Source: Candidatus Dojkabacteria bacterium
GTDB taxonomy: Bacteria > Patescibacteriota > Dojkabacteria > J137
Assembly (NCBI GenBank): GCA_025999215.1
Contig: AP024679.1
Coordinates: 165,645-229,644, forward strand
DNA: 64,000 nucleotides
Direction: 5' to 3'
Notes under the pieces: generated by a model
Database searches by the model: none
Seen by the model: the letters and a program-made list of their open reading frames with translations, nothing else
Told to the model about the DNA's origin: nothing
Made by a program: the position numbers and the translations under genes
Part shown: positions 1-10,472 of the stretch, in pieces
Position numbering within the stretch: position 1 is the stretch's first letter
Layout of the letters: every line of letters begins with the position of its first letter

Positions 1-855
1 ACTCATAAGTTAATTGGCATTCCTTTCTTTTTTGCTTCTTTTCATGCGCTAAATGCATATAGCGACGTTAAAAACTTTCTCCCTTTGTTCATTTGGATTT
101 TTATAGTTACAACTGCTGGAATACTGGCATATGTTTACAAAACTTTCCTTTATAACTATTTTGGTCCTAGGTATCTGTATGAAGTAATCCGAGTTAAAAA
201 TTTTGGAGATCTCGGAGAATTATACCTAAAACCAGTAAAAAACAGAATGAATTTTGAACCTGGACAATTTGCTTTCTTATCATTTATTGATAATCCAATC
301 ATCCCTAAAGAACATCATCCATTTTCTATTTCATCTTCACCTTACTCTGATGTATTGAGATTTTCTTATAAAGAGCTCGGGGACTACTCCAGTGCACTAA
401 AACACGCAAAAGTTGGAGATAAAGTTTATATTTATGGCCCCTATGGTGAATTTACTTCTTACAATTTTAGCGAATATAAAAAACAGCTTTGGATTGCTGG
501 TGGTATTGGGGTTACACCTTTTTTGAGCATGTTATCATATGAAATTAAAAATGATGACCCTAAAAAAATTGTTTTTTACTACAGCACAAAAAGAGAAGAT
601 GAATGTATTTACTATGAGGAGATAAGTAATTTATGTAAAAGTGCAGATGATAAAATAAAATTTATTAATCACTGCTCAGATCTTGAAGGATATTTAAATT
701 ATGAAAGAATTTTGAACGATGTGCAAGATAATTTAAAAGATTATTTGATTTTAATTTGTGGACCTGATGCAATGAAAAAAAGCTTAACAAAAATTTTAAA
801 CAAAAATGGAATTAAAAAGAACCAAATTGTTTTTGAAGAATTTAATTTTGTATAA
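1..855 (+). CDS. Ferric reductase-like membrane oxidoreductase with FAD/NAD-binding (FNR) domains, 5'-truncated by the window edge
   Basis: Frame is open from base 1 (THKLIG...FHAL, heme-type His in TM segments); FEPGQF, HPFSISS, GPYG, IAGGIGVTP and ICGP motifs. Confidence 0.85.
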   Translation, partial: THKLIGIPFFFASFHALNAYSDVKNFLPLFIWIFIVTTAGILAYVYKTFLYNYFGPRYLYEVIRVKNFGDLGELYLKPVKNRMNFEPGQFAFLSFIDNPIIPKEHHPFSISSSPYSDVLRFSYKELGDYSSALKHAKVGDKVYIYGPYGEFTSYNFSEYKKQLWIAGGIGVTPFLSMLSYEIKNDDPKKIVFYYSTKREDECIYYEEISNLCKSADDKIKFINHCSDLEGYLNYERILNDVQDNLKDYLILICGPDAMKKSLTKILNKNGIKKNQIVFEEFNFV

Positions 856-860
856 AAACG

Positions 861-2000
861 TTGAACACTATAAATCTTTCACCATCACAAAAGAATACTA
901 TTAAAGATTTAATAATTTGGTACAACAACCCATCTAGCTACATTACTCTTGGTGGTTATGCTGGGACGGGCAAAACCACCGTTATCTCTATTTTTAGCAA
1001 AATTTTGAAAGAAAAGCTTAAAACCAAAATAGCTTTTTGCAGTTTTACAGGAAAAGCAACTCAGGTCCTTATCGATAGTTTAAAGAAAAACTTTGAGTTA
1101 ACAAGTGATGACCGTGTTTCAACAATCCATTCTCTAATTTATGAACCTGTGGTTGATGATCAAAAAGAGATAGTAGGGTGGACGAGGAAGAAAAAAATTG
1201 ATTTTGATTTGATTATTTTGGACGAAGCTTCTATGATCAACAAAAGAATTTGGCAAGATCTTTTATCATTTAAAATTCCAATAATTGCCGTAGGTGATCA
1301 TGGGCAACTTCCTCCTATCGGAGAAAATTTCAATTTGCTTGAAAAACCGGATCTTAGACTTGAAGAAGTTCACAGGCAGGCACAAAATAACCCCATTATA
1401 AAACTCTCAATGATGTTAAGAGCTGGGAAAGAAATTCCTGTTGGAAAGTATAGCGACAAGGTAAAAAAAATTTCCAGCAATTCAATTGATTTTTATGACG
1501 AGATGGAAAGAGCACTTAGTCATAATTTAAACGAAAAATTAATATTGTGTGGATATAACAACACAAGAATAAAAATTAATCAAGAAATAAGGGCTCGACT
1601 AGAAAAATATGGACCGCCTCAACCAGGTGATAGAGTAATTTGTTTAAAAAATAATCATAAAAAAAATATTGCGAATGGAATGTTAGGGAAAATAATTAAA
1701 ATTAATGATGATAGTGAAGACTTATTTCAAGCGCAAATTCAAATGGATAATGGAATTTTGTTTGAAGGCTTAGTTTCTAAAAGAAGTTTTAATTCTACTG
1801 AAAATATAATTGTAAAACAACGAGATGTTGATTATTTTGACTTTGGTTACGCTCTAACCACTCATAAAGCTCAAGGTTCTCAAGCCAAAAGTGTTGTTGT
1901 ATTTGAAGAAAGGTTCAAGAATATGGATGATGAAACTTGGTTTAGATGGCTATACACTGCTATTACAAGAGCAGAAGAAGAACTTTTAATTATTTGCTAA
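861..2000 (+). CDS. Short RecD/Dda-like SF1B helicase
   Basis: GYAGTGKT Walker A, STIHS, DEASM, GDHGQLPP, VHRQ, YALTTHKAQGSQ, LYTAITRA. Confidence 0.85.
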   Translation: MNTINLSPSQKNTIKDLIIWYNNPSSYITLGGYAGTGKTTVISIFSKILKEKLKTKIAFCSFTGKATQVLIDSLKKNFELTSDDRVSTIHSLIYEPVVDDQKEIVGWTRKKKIDFDLIILDEASMINKRIWQDLLSFKIPIIAVGDHGQLPPIGENFNLLEKPDLRLEEVHRQAQNNPIIKLSMMLRAGKEIPVGKYSDKVKKISSNSIDFYDEMERALSHNLNEKLILCGYNNTRIKINQEIRARLEKYGPPQPGDRVICLKNNHKKNIANGMLGKIIKINDDSEDLFQAQIQMDNGILFEGLVSKRSFNSTENIIVKQRDVDYFDFGYALTTHKAQGSQAKSVVVFEERFKNMDDETWFRWLYTAITRAEEELLIIC

Positions 2001-2015
2001 TTTCAGCTCAAAATG

Positions 2016-2024
2016 TGTTAAAAT
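2016..2024 (+). promoter_or_regulatory. Extended -10 promoter element for the riboswitch transcript
   Basis: TGTTAAAAT about 8 nt upstream of the riboswitch P1 stem. Confidence 0.55.
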
Positions 2025-2032
2025 CCTAATAC

Positions 2033-2155
2033 AAAGTAGTTTTGCCGAACTTTCCTCGAGAAAAGAAGGCGCTGGGGAAGCAGGGTGAAAACCCCTCACT
2101 GTGCCGCAACTGTAATTCCTATGTTCAGGATAAGTCAGGATGCCAGCCTACTTTT
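2033..2155 (+). ncRNA. Cobalamin (B12) riboswitch
   Basis: GGGAA-gcaGGGTGAAAACCC-tcACTGtgCCGCAACTGTAA core, B12-box-like AAGTCAGGAtGCCAGCC, closing stem AAAGTAG/CTACTTT; small hairpin ATCTA-cgagca-TAGAT (2170-2185) next to the ATG. Confidence 0.85.
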
Positions 2156-2186
2156 GAAATTTTAATTAAATCTACGAGCATAGATC

Positions 2187-3626
2187 ATGGAAAATTTTAA
2201 AAATTTTATAGTTTCCTCACCACCTGAAGTAAATGTTCAGAATAATCCAGAGCTTCCAATAGATAATAGTGTTTTTGATTACATTAGGTTTAATATTCCA
2301 AATATAGCACAAATGAACATACCCCTTTTTCTTGATGAGGCAATTGAAGTAGAGGAGGTAGCAAACGCAATTGGTATAGTAGATAATTATGTTACAGAAC
2401 AGATTGCTACATTACTTGCTGAAAACACAAACTGGATAGAATTTTTTGAAAATGAAAATATAAATCCAGAGTTAATTAACCCAAACTTATACATAAACTT
2501 ATTAGACTTAATTCGCAACTCTGGTCTTCAAAAAATTCGTTTTCAATGTGAATACCCTCCAAGCACATTAAATTTTTTGATACAAAGCTGTAGAAAGGCT
2601 TTAGAAGAAGGCGGAGAAAGAGAATGGGTAGAACTAAGAAATTTAGAAACAATAAAAAAACAATTCGATCAAATCAAGGAATCAAATTTACCTAATCAAG
2701 CAATCGTTGAAATAAGCCCACCAATTTATAAAGATCATAAAAAATACATGATTAGAATTTACACTTTTGATTCTCTTGAGAATAAAATTAAATTGGATAT
2801 ATATCATGTTCCATCAACTGAAATCGAAATACTAACGTTTTTGAACACATTAAATGTGGGGTCAAATGAAAAAATAGAAACATGTCAAGGAGTTCAAAGT
2901 TATCCGAACAGAGTATTATCAACTCTATACTTAGTCGATAAAAACAAATTTAACTTAGAAAATTTTATACCTTTTATCAATCAATATAGTTCTGAAATTA
3001 TTGATGTGCACGATCATATAGTAGATTATTTTATTTCAGAAATAATTGAGCGCCCTGAAATCAAAATGCTAAGAAGGCAATTAGCATTCACCGCATTAAG
3101 GCTAAGAAAAAGTGTAATTAATTCAGATAGAATTGAATATACAAAACTTTTTCAGCAATACCGTGAAATTTACAATAAGCTAATTACATTGTGCTTTGTA
3201 TTGACACCCAATCTAACTGTGGAAGGAAGAGAGGCAACACTTGAGGAAAGAAATCGAATCGCGCATAATGTAGCGATAGGAAATGTAACTAGTGAAAAAT
3301 ACAGCATACATGCTCCTGGTCCATGCACTACAATTTCGCTTGGTGGAAAACAAAGAAATGAAGTAAATACTTCTATAAAAACTTACTCAACTGTATTTGG
3401 AGAAGTTAAAATCGATCACGAAACAAATAAAATAACTTGTGTATGTGGAACAACATATTTATTAAATTTTGACTGTGAAGAGGATAAATTCATAAGCGCA
3501 TGTCCGAGTTGTGGTCTTTCTACAGAAAATATATACAAATCGTATAATCATGAAAAAAACCAAAATAATTCAAGTTTATTAGATTTACTTTTAGAAATGT
3601 TTGGCTTTAAGCCAATTGAACAATAA
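2187..3626 (+). CDS. Hypothetical protein with C-terminal Cys4 zinc ribbon, downstream of the B12 riboswitch
   Basis: 479-aa ORF; CVCG...CPSCG near C-terminus; no family recognised. Confidence 0.75.
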   Translation: MENFKNFIVSSPPEVNVQNNPELPIDNSVFDYIRFNIPNIAQMNIPLFLDEAIEVEEVANAIGIVDNYVTEQIATLLAENTNWIEFFENENINPELINPNLYINLLDLIRNSGLQKIRFQCEYPPSTLNFLIQSCRKALEEGGEREWVELRNLETIKKQFDQIKESNLPNQAIVEISPPIYKDHKKYMIRIYTFDSLENKIKLDIYHVPSTEIEILTFLNTLNVGSNEKIETCQGVQSYPNRVLSTLYLVDKNKFNLENFIPFINQYSSEIIDVHDHIVDYFISEIIERPEIKMLRRQLAFTALRLRKSVINSDRIEYTKLFQQYREIYNKLITLCFVLTPNLTVEGREATLEERNRIAHNVAIGNVTSEKYSIHAPGPCTTISLGGKQRNEVNTSIKTYSTVFGEVKIDHETNKITCVCGTTYLLNFDCEEDKFISACPSCGLSTENIYKSYNHEKNQNNSSLLDLLLEMFGFKPIEQ

Positions 3627-3649
3627 TATTTAAAAATGTAAAATAAAAC

Positions 3650-4615
3650 ATGTTTGATTTTTTTATACTTTTTGGTGGTCTGTTATTAGTAATTGAAGGA
3701 GCTAATTTTTTGGTTAAGGGAGCAAGTTCTCTTGCTAAAAAATTTGGACTTTCAGATCTAGTGATTGGCTTGACGGTCGTTGCATTTGGCACTTCTCTTC
3801 CTGAAATGATGGTTAGTGTTTTGGCAGGAATTAATGGCAATTCTGATCTAGTTCTAGGAAATGTTATAGGGTCAAATATTTCTAATATACTTTTGATACT
3901 TGGTTTGACAGCTTTAGTCTCACCGCTACGAGTTGATTTAAGTACAGTAAAAAAACAATTTCCTTTTTTAATTTTTTCAAGTTTGGTGTTAGTAATTTTA
4001 ATGGCAGAAGAATTAATTGAAGGCACTCAAAACCCTTTTATATCGAGACTTGACGGTTTAATTTTATTATCTTTTTTCTTAATTTATATATACTATACTT
4101 TCCTAAACGCTTTCTTGGGGGGTGGCTTAGACACCCACGATGATTACGAAACTAAACCAGTTTTACAATCAGTTGGATGGGTAATTATGGGAGTAGTAGG
4201 GCTTTTTATTGGTGGAGAATTAAGTGTAGGTTCGGCAGAATCAATAGCTATAAAACTTAAAATTGATGAGGCGATAATAGGATTAACCGTTATTGCTGTT
4301 GGTACTTCGTTACCTGAGTTGGTAACAAGTGTGATATCGGCTTATCAAAAGAAAACTGATATTGCTATAGGAAATGTAGTTGGATCAAATATTTTTAATA
4401 CTTTTTGGATATTGGGAGTTAGTAGCCTGGTATCTCCTATAGCTATAGATACCAAACTATATTCAGACGCTATCGTAATGATTATTGCATCAATATTATT
4501 GTTTTTGTTTTTATTTACTTTCAAAAAACAAGTTATCACAAAGAAAGAAGGAGCTTTTTTATTCTCAATATTTCTACTTTACGTCATTTTTAATGTTGTT
4601 AGAGTGGTGGGTTGA
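3650..4615 (+). CDS. Calcium/sodium antiporter (YrbG/CaCA family)
   Basis: Two alpha repeats GTSLPE ... GNVIGSNI / GNVVGSNIFN; multiple TM helices. Confidence 0.92.
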   Translation: MFDFFILFGGLLLVIEGANFLVKGASSLAKKFGLSDLVIGLTVVAFGTSLPEMMVSVLAGINGNSDLVLGNVIGSNISNILLILGLTALVSPLRVDLSTVKKQFPFLIFSSLVLVILMAEELIEGTQNPFISRLDGLILLSFFLIYIYYTFLNAFLGGGLDTHDDYETKPVLQSVGWVIMGVVGLFIGGELSVGSAESIAIKLKIDEAIIGLTVIAVGTSLPELVTSVISAYQKKTDIAIGNVVGSNIFNTFWILGVSSLVSPIAIDTKLYSDAIVMIIASILLFLFLFTFKKQVITKKEGAFLFSIFLLYVIFNVVRVVG

Positions 4616-4670
4616 ATCTTAAATAAAAATATGGTAGAATGGGGCAACATTATTTATTACAAAATTTTAT

Positions 4671-5210
4671 ATGCCAAATCGAAATTTTGAACCTAGACCG
4701 AATAAAGATCTTAAGCAACCTGATTTACCAAATACTGATCAGCAAAAATTAAAGGGTGTTATTGATATAATAGAAAACTCAATTCAACAGCATATTAGTT
4801 CTTTTAACAGCAGGCTGGATTCTATAGAAATAGAAGAAGCTGAAGAGTTTGAATTTGAAGAAGGGGAAGAACTTCTTTATGATATAAAAAAAATTGAAAA
4901 TTTAAGGGATACATTATTAGATATTCTTGAAAATGATTTTGGAAAAAATATTATTATTAATGATATTAATAGTTTGTTTGTTGTTTTAAATAATCTTAAG
5001 TTATCTGGATCGATTCATTCAATAATGTCTATTTTAGAGCACCTGTATAAAATATTCGTTCAAAATGAGAAAAGACCATTGTCTATGTTTATTAAACCCG
5101 ATAAAATCTTAAATAGATTTGAGAGAAGCGAAAGACCCGACCAAACTAGAGTAGTTTGGTCTCTAAAGGTTGATTGGAAAAAAGGTATATACACTGTAAA
5201 CGAACAATAA
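4671..5210 (+). CDS. Hypothetical protein
   Basis: 179-aa ORF with ATG start and upstream TGGTAGAAT -10 element. Confidence 0.65.
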   Translation: MPNRNFEPRPNKDLKQPDLPNTDQQKLKGVIDIIENSIQQHISSFNSRLDSIEIEEAEEFEFEEGEELLYDIKKIENLRDTLLDILENDFGKNIIINDINSLFVVLNNLKLSGSIHSIMSILEHLYKIFVQNEKRPLSMFIKPDKILNRFERSERPDQTRVVWSLKVDWKKGIYTVNEQ

Positions 5211-5211
5211 A

Positions 5212-7647
5212 TTAATTGTCTATTTTTAGTTTTAGGAGGGTTACTAAAAGAAGTATAGTCAAGGAAAAAGAGATGATTGTGAGGGCAGATTTCCAATAAA
5301 CTCTTTGCCCGGTTCCACCCAACTCTGGAGAAGAAACTGGCCCGCTAGAACCCTCAGTTTCACCTCCTCCTGATGTTACAACCTCAACATCAAAGACTTC
5401 CAAAATCACATCTCCGTTCAAATAATCGTAATTTATTCTAAAAACTACATTGTCAACTGAAATTAAAGCATTATCTGGCAAACCATCAAATTCTCCAATC
5501 AATGTATCAGAATCAATTATCAAAAATTCATCACCAATGTTTGGAGTATATCCGAGAACAATATCTAAAGTTGCGTTACCTAAGTCTACACTTTGAGCGT
5601 TTAATCTATCATACAAGGTGCAAGGCGTATCACCATCAATCTCTACCTCAAAAACAGATCCTGCTGTCATTGTAAAATTTGTTATATTAATACAACCAGG
5701 AGAAGATCCTGGGTTTACAGTTGATCCGGTGCCTGCAATAACAACATTTATACTACCCGTACCAAGTAACTTAGCCCCTGAACCTAAGCTCACAGCACCC
5801 AAGAAATTACTATCAAAAATTAATGTTCCTCCAATGTTATTAATACTGACTACTGAATCAATCAATGCATTGAGCAAGCGCCATTGACCTGAAAGAATTT
5901 CTATAGTCCCATCATAATCTAAAATACCACTAAATGTACCATTAGGATTAGAAAGTCGTAGGATATCAAAACTATCAAACTCAAAAGTACCTGATCCATA
6001 AATTCCTCTAATAGTTTCGTTTAGACCAGCGAAATAAATACCGCTATTATCGCTCAAAATTATCTCTGTACTATCAGAAACATTACCTTCTCCTGATCCA
6101 GTTCCATAAAAATCTATATACTGATTTTCCGAAACCATAATTCGATTAGCCTTAATAAATCCGTCATCTTGAAACTCAAGCGGTAAATTTAAAATAATAT
6201 CTCCAGCGACGTCAAAGTTACACTGTGTTCCACAAACCAAATTTGATGCAGGGCCATTTAGTATCAAATTACTATTTGAAGTAATACTTGAAGATATAGT
6301 GAATGAACCTAAAAATAAATCTGAACTACCAAAACCTATAGAAGCATCTGATGTGAAAGTATAGCTTCCTGATATAATCAAGTTGCTAGAAAACTTAACA
6401 ACCTCACCTCCGGGCACTGCGCTTGAAATATAAAAATTTTCTTCTATCAAAGGAGTTGTCCCACCTCTTCCACCACCTCCTAACTCTCCTTTCAAAACTA
6501 TAGAAGAATTTCCATTTACATATGTACCTCCTAAATTAGAACCTAATGCATTTTGGTGATTGGTTTGTAAAAACGCGCTATCATTTAGATAGATGTCTCC
6601 ATCAAAAGCAATTGCATTCAAAATTTCAACATCCAGGTTGCCACCTAAAATTAATTTCGAGTCCTGTAACCCAACAATATCATTATTAAACCTGATAAAG
6701 TTGTAACCCGATTGGCCAACAAACTTGAGAGAGCTTTCAGCATCATCAATGTAAATACTATTATTTATGTTAACAATTGCACCATTAAGACTGACCACAG
6801 CATTTGTTCCTAAGCCCAAACCCAAATCATCTAAATACCAATCTCCGTTAAAAGTGAGATTAGTTGCACCTTTTAATATCATGAACACATCATTTTCCTC
6901 TGGAATGTTATTAAAGTTAAACTCTACAAAGTAATCAATTGTTAAATTCCCCTCAAACTCAAAAACACCATGATTAGCTCCACCTTCAAATGAAATTGCA
7001 TTACCCCCATCTCCAAAACAGTCAGAGTTTTTACATACAACCTTTCCTTCCAAATTCCTAAAATAGTAATTATCAATGTACAGATCACCAGAACCATTTA
7101 TTGTGAGAGTAGCGGCTCCTTCTTTAATTACTTCGAAAGCATTACCATATAAACCTCCATTAATGGTTAAATTTTGATTAATCTCAAGTCTAAAAGTAGA
7201 AGCTATATCATTAAAAACAATGCTATTGAGTGTTGATTGACTATTTACAATTATTGAAGGAGCTGAACTAAAAGCTGAATCAAGCTCAATATCGGCACCC
7301 GAGCCGAAATTGACATTGCCTGATATTTCCAATGTAGAAGCAATTAAATTTGATGTTCCAGCAGAAAATTGATAATTATCTCCTGTTATTTGAACAGAAT
7401 TTAAATTCGGTAGAGAATTAAGTGTGATATTTTTATTCGTCGCAACTTCAGGAAAAATTAAACTGTCACCTATTTCTGGCATTCCTCCATTGTCACATCC
7501 TGTCCAATTGCTAGCATCAGATGTATCTCCAGAAACAGCACCAGTCCATGTACAAGTATCAGTAGCAGCAGAGACCCCAGAATGTATAAAAAGAAAAAGC
7601 AAGATAGAAAAAGCAAAAATTGAACCTATTTTTATCAATTGCTTCAT
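5212..7647 (-). CDS. Secreted beta-helix (autotransporter-passenger-like) surface protein with C-terminal sortase-like anchor
   Basis: Signal peptide; TWTG...SNW N-terminal motif; K-x-G-x-x-TLTI-type strand repeats; NPGSSPG; C-terminal LGGTG plus TM helix plus basic tail; no beta-barrel. Confidence 0.7.
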   Translation of the reverse strand: MKQLIKIGSIFAFSILLFLFIHSGVSAATDTCTWTGAVSGDTSDASNWTGCDNGGMPEIGDSLIFPEVATNKNITLNSLPNLNSVQITGDNYQFSAGTSNLIASTLEISGNVNFGSGADIELDSAFSSAPSIIVNSQSTLNSIVFNDIASTFRLEINQNLTINGGLYGNAFEVIKEGAATLTINGSGDLYIDNYYFRNLEGKVVCKNSDCFGDGGNAISFEGGANHGVFEFEGNLTIDYFVEFNFNNIPEENDVFMILKGATNLTFNGDWYLDDLGLGLGTNAVVSLNGAIVNINNSIYIDDAESSLKFVGQSGYNFIRFNNDIVGLQDSKLILGGNLDVEILNAIAFDGDIYLNDSAFLQTNHQNALGSNLGGTYVNGNSSIVLKGELGGGGRGGTTPLIEENFYISSAVPGGEVVKFSSNLIISGSYTFTSDASIGFGSSDLFLGSFTISSSITSNSNLILNGPASNLVCGTQCNFDVAGDIILNLPLEFQDDGFIKANRIMVSENQYIDFYGTGSGEGNVSDSTEIILSDNSGIYFAGLNETIRGIYGSGTFEFDSFDILRLSNPNGTFSGILDYDGTIEILSGQWRLLNALIDSVVSINNIGGTLIFDSNFLGAVSLGSGAKLLGTGSINVVIAGTGSTVNPGSSPGCINITNFTMTAGSVFEVEIDGDTPCTLYDRLNAQSVDLGNATLDIVLGYTPNIGDEFLIIDSDTLIGEFDGLPDNALISVDNVVFRINYDYLNGDVILEVFDVEVVTSGGGETEGSSGPVSSPELGGTGQRVYWKSALTIISFSLTILLLVTLLKLKIDN

Positions 7648-7728
7648 ATTTTTAAAATAAATTAATCTAAACTATACTATGAAAAGATAAAGCTTGTGTC
7701 AAGAATTTTTGTTATAATTTTGCTACCT

Positions 7729-8583
7729 ATGACGTTTGATGAATTAACTAAAATTAACTATCTTTTCGATTCACATGCTCACATAAACGACTGTTCATTT
7801 GATGATGATAGAGAAGAGATAATTCAAAAAGCCTTCTCTAAAAATGTCAGATATATTTTCGATGTTGGAATTGATCTGAAGTCTTCACAAAAAGCTATAG
7901 AAATTTCCAAAAAATTTTACCCAAATGTTTTGGCTTTTGTTGGAATTGATCCCGAGGTATTTATTCCTGGTTCCTCTCTTTTTTCTAAAAGTTATGATGA
8001 AAAGTTTATAGATAAAGAAATTTTAAAACTTTACACTCTGTTTAAAGAAAATAAGAATTACATTGTTGGCATAGGAGAAACAGGTTTGGATTTTTATTGG
8101 TTAAATAAAAAGATGAGAGAGAAAGAAATAACCCAAAACGAAATTGAAATATCTATTAAACTTCAAAAGAGACTTTTTCAAAAAAATATTGATCTAGCAA
8201 AAGAATTTAATTTAGTTTTAACAGTACATTCTCGAGAAGCCGAAAAAGAAACTTTTGAAACGATTAAAAACAGTAAAGCTAGTGCCATTTTTCACTCATA
8301 TACTGGAGATTACAATATAGCTAAAAAAATTTTAGATATTGGTTGTGGTTTAGGTGTTAATGGCATAATTACCTTTAAAAACGCGACTAAGCTAAGAGAG
8401 GTTTACAAAAAAATCTTAGGTAAGGTTACTTATGACTGGGGTTATTGTGATTTTTACAAAAAGGGTGTATTTTTTGAAACAGACTGTCCTTTTTTATCAC
8501 CTTCTCCAAATCGTGGTTCAAAAAATTCCCCTGAAAATATCTCCTCAATATATGAATATTTTATTAATTTTTTATCAGAATAG
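7729..8583 (+). CDS. tatD: TatD family hydrolase
   Basis: DSHAH, IGETGLDF, VHSR, FHSY, ETDCPF; ATG at 7729 preferred over GTG at 7696. Confidence 0.9.
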   Translation: MTFDELTKINYLFDSHAHINDCSFDDDREEIIQKAFSKNVRYIFDVGIDLKSSQKAIEISKKFYPNVLAFVGIDPEVFIPGSSLFSKSYDEKFIDKEILKLYTLFKENKNYIVGIGETGLDFYWLNKKMREKEITQNEIEISIKLQKRLFQKNIDLAKEFNLVLTVHSREAEKETFETIKNSKASAIFHSYTGDYNIAKKILDIGCGLGVNGIITFKNATKLREVYKKILGKVTYDWGYCDFYKKGVFFETDCPFLSPSPNRGSKNSPENISSIYEYFINFLSE

Positions 8584-8598
8584 TGATAGAATTGAAAA

Positions 8599-9771
8599 AT
8601 GGAAAAATTAAAAATCGCATACATTATTCCAAGATTTCACCCGTTCAAAGGAGGAGCAGAACAAAACACCGAAGCTTTGGCTTTGCGAGCTTGTAAAGAT
8701 GGGCATTCGGTTACTGTTTTGACAACAAACGAACGCTTTAGAAACGAGAAACTACCTAAAATTGAAAATTACAAAGGAATTAAAATAATAAGGATGAATG
8801 CGTTTATCAAAGCGCCTCTCTATGCTGGATTTTATCCTGAATTGTTTTGGCATCTCAGAAAAAATAACTACGATATAATTCATTGCTCTGGAATTGGGTT
8901 TTTGTGGCGGGAAATATGTTTGAGATTAAACAAAAAGAAAAATACTCTGTACGTATGTACTCCTCACGGACCTTTCATGGCTCTAAACGATACTCAAGGA
9001 ATCAGAGGATTAGCAAAAAAATACTATACAAAAAAATTAAGAAAGTTTCTTAATAATCTTTATGATATTTTTGTTCAAGTAAATCCAAAACAAGAAAAAT
9101 GGATGAGTGAAGAATACAACATATCAAAAGAAAAAATTGTACTAATCCCAAACGGAATTGACAAAGAGTACATAGCTCCAAAAATTTACTCAGAAAAATT
9201 TAAAAGAAAACCAGTCATAACTTACATCGGCAGACTTGCCAACTACAAAGGCGTTCACTTTGTATTAGAAGCTTTATATAAAATTAAAAAATCTAAAGTT
9301 AAAGTTCCTCCATTTGAATTTTGGGTAATGGGTAGAAGTCAGGGAGATTACACCAGCTATTTACAGAACTTAATAAAAAAATTCTCTCTGGAAGATGAAG
9401 TTAAGTTAATATTTTCTCCAACTGATGAAAAAAGAGATGAGATTTTATTCAAACACTCTCATATTCACATACTACCTAGCAAGTGGGAAGCAACAGGAAT
9501 AGTTTTGCTTGAAGCAATGGCAAAGGGTAATGCGCTAATTTCTACAAAACAAAACGAAATGCATGATCTAATAATACAAGAGGGAGTTAATGGCTTTACT
9601 TATAATTACGATGATGTAAACAAACTGAAAAAAATACTAATTGAGCTATTAAATAACCCAAAACTTTGCATTGAAATGTCAGAAAAAAATCTTGAAAAGG
9701 TAAAAAATTTTACCTGGGAAGCAAGTTACGAACTCTACAAAAACCAAGTTATTTCAAAAGCAAAAATATGA
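8599..9771 (+). CDS. Glycosyltransferase family 4
   Basis: GGAE, IPNGID, IGRL...KG, E-x7-E (EATGIVLLEAMA). Confidence 0.9.
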   Translation: MEKLKIAYIIPRFHPFKGGAEQNTEALALRACKDGHSVTVLTTNERFRNEKLPKIENYKGIKIIRMNAFIKAPLYAGFYPELFWHLRKNNYDIIHCSGIGFLWREICLRLNKKKNTLYVCTPHGPFMALNDTQGIRGLAKKYYTKKLRKFLNNLYDIFVQVNPKQEKWMSEEYNISKEKIVLIPNGIDKEYIAPKIYSEKFKRKPVITYIGRLANYKGVHFVLEALYKIKKSKVKVPPFEFWVMGRSQGDYTSYLQNLIKKFSLEDEVKLIFSPTDEKRDEILFKHSHIHILPSKWEATGIVLLEAMAKGNALISTKQNEMHDLIIQEGVNGFTYNYDDVNKLKKILIELLNNPKLCIEMSEKNLEKVKNFTWEASYELYKNQVISKAKI

Positions 9772-10472
9772 AACTCTACATTGTTGGGACTTCCATTGGA
9801 AATATTGACGACATATCACCAAGAGCGATCAAAGTTCTAAGCGAAGCTGATGTGATACTAGCGGAAGATACTAGAGTTTTTGGAAAATTAAAAAGCATTT
9901 TGTTAGATAGATACAAAGATTTAAATTTCAATCCTTTACAAAAAGTAATTTCTTATCGAGAACAAAATCATGATAGGGTGATTGATTCAATAATTAAGTA
10001 TTTAGAGAGCAACAAAATGGTTGTGCAAATATCAGATAGTGGCATGCCTGGAATATCTGATCCCGGTTTTCTTTTATACAAAAGAGTTATTAATGAAGGC
10101 TTTGAATTAGATGTTATACCTGGACCAAGTAGTGTTATTACTGGATTGGTTGCATCAGGTTTACCAACTGATAGGTTTGTGTTTTTAGGATTTCTTCCCA
10201 GAAAAAAATCTAAAGCAAAAAATTTGCTAGAAATTGCTTTTAAAACTAATTTCACATTAATTTGCTTTGAATCACCATTTAGAATTAGAAAACTTTTAGA
10301 ACTTGTGGAAGAAATAGATAAAAATACGCAAATTGCCCTGTGCAAAGAACTAACAAAAAAACATCAGAAAATTTATAGAGGCACGGCCGTATCTTTACTC
10401 AATGAACTGCCATCAAAGATCAGTGGAGAATTTGTTGTGGTTATGAAAAAAACTACTGTAGATCAACTCTAA
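9768..10472 (+). CDS. rsmI: 16S rRNA C1402 2'-O-methyltransferase
   Basis: LYIVGTSIGN, AEDTR, SDSGMPGISDPG, FLGFLP, FESPFR, ELTK. Confidence 0.95.
   Translation: MKLYIVGTSIGNIDDISPRAIKVLSEADVILAEDTRVFGKLKSILLDRYKDLNFNPLQKVISYREQNHDRVIDSIIKYLESNKMVVQISDSGMPGISDPGFLLYKRVINEGFELDVIPGPSSVITGLVASGLPTDRFVFLGFLPRKKSKAKNLLEIAFKTNFTLICFESPFRIRKLLELVEEIDKNTQIALCKELTKKHQKIYRGTAVSLLNELPSKISGEFVVVMKKTTVDQL

Noticed and set aside
861..2000. Phage or defence island marked by the Dda/RecD-like helicase
   Set aside because: Neighbours are cellular genes; no nuclease partner or phage genes are adjacent.
2187..3626. Anaerobic ribonucleotide reductase NrdD (B12 riboswitch plus C-terminal Zn ribbon)
   Set aside because: Too short and lacks the C-terminal RxxGY glycyl-radical loop and other recognisable NrdD motifs.
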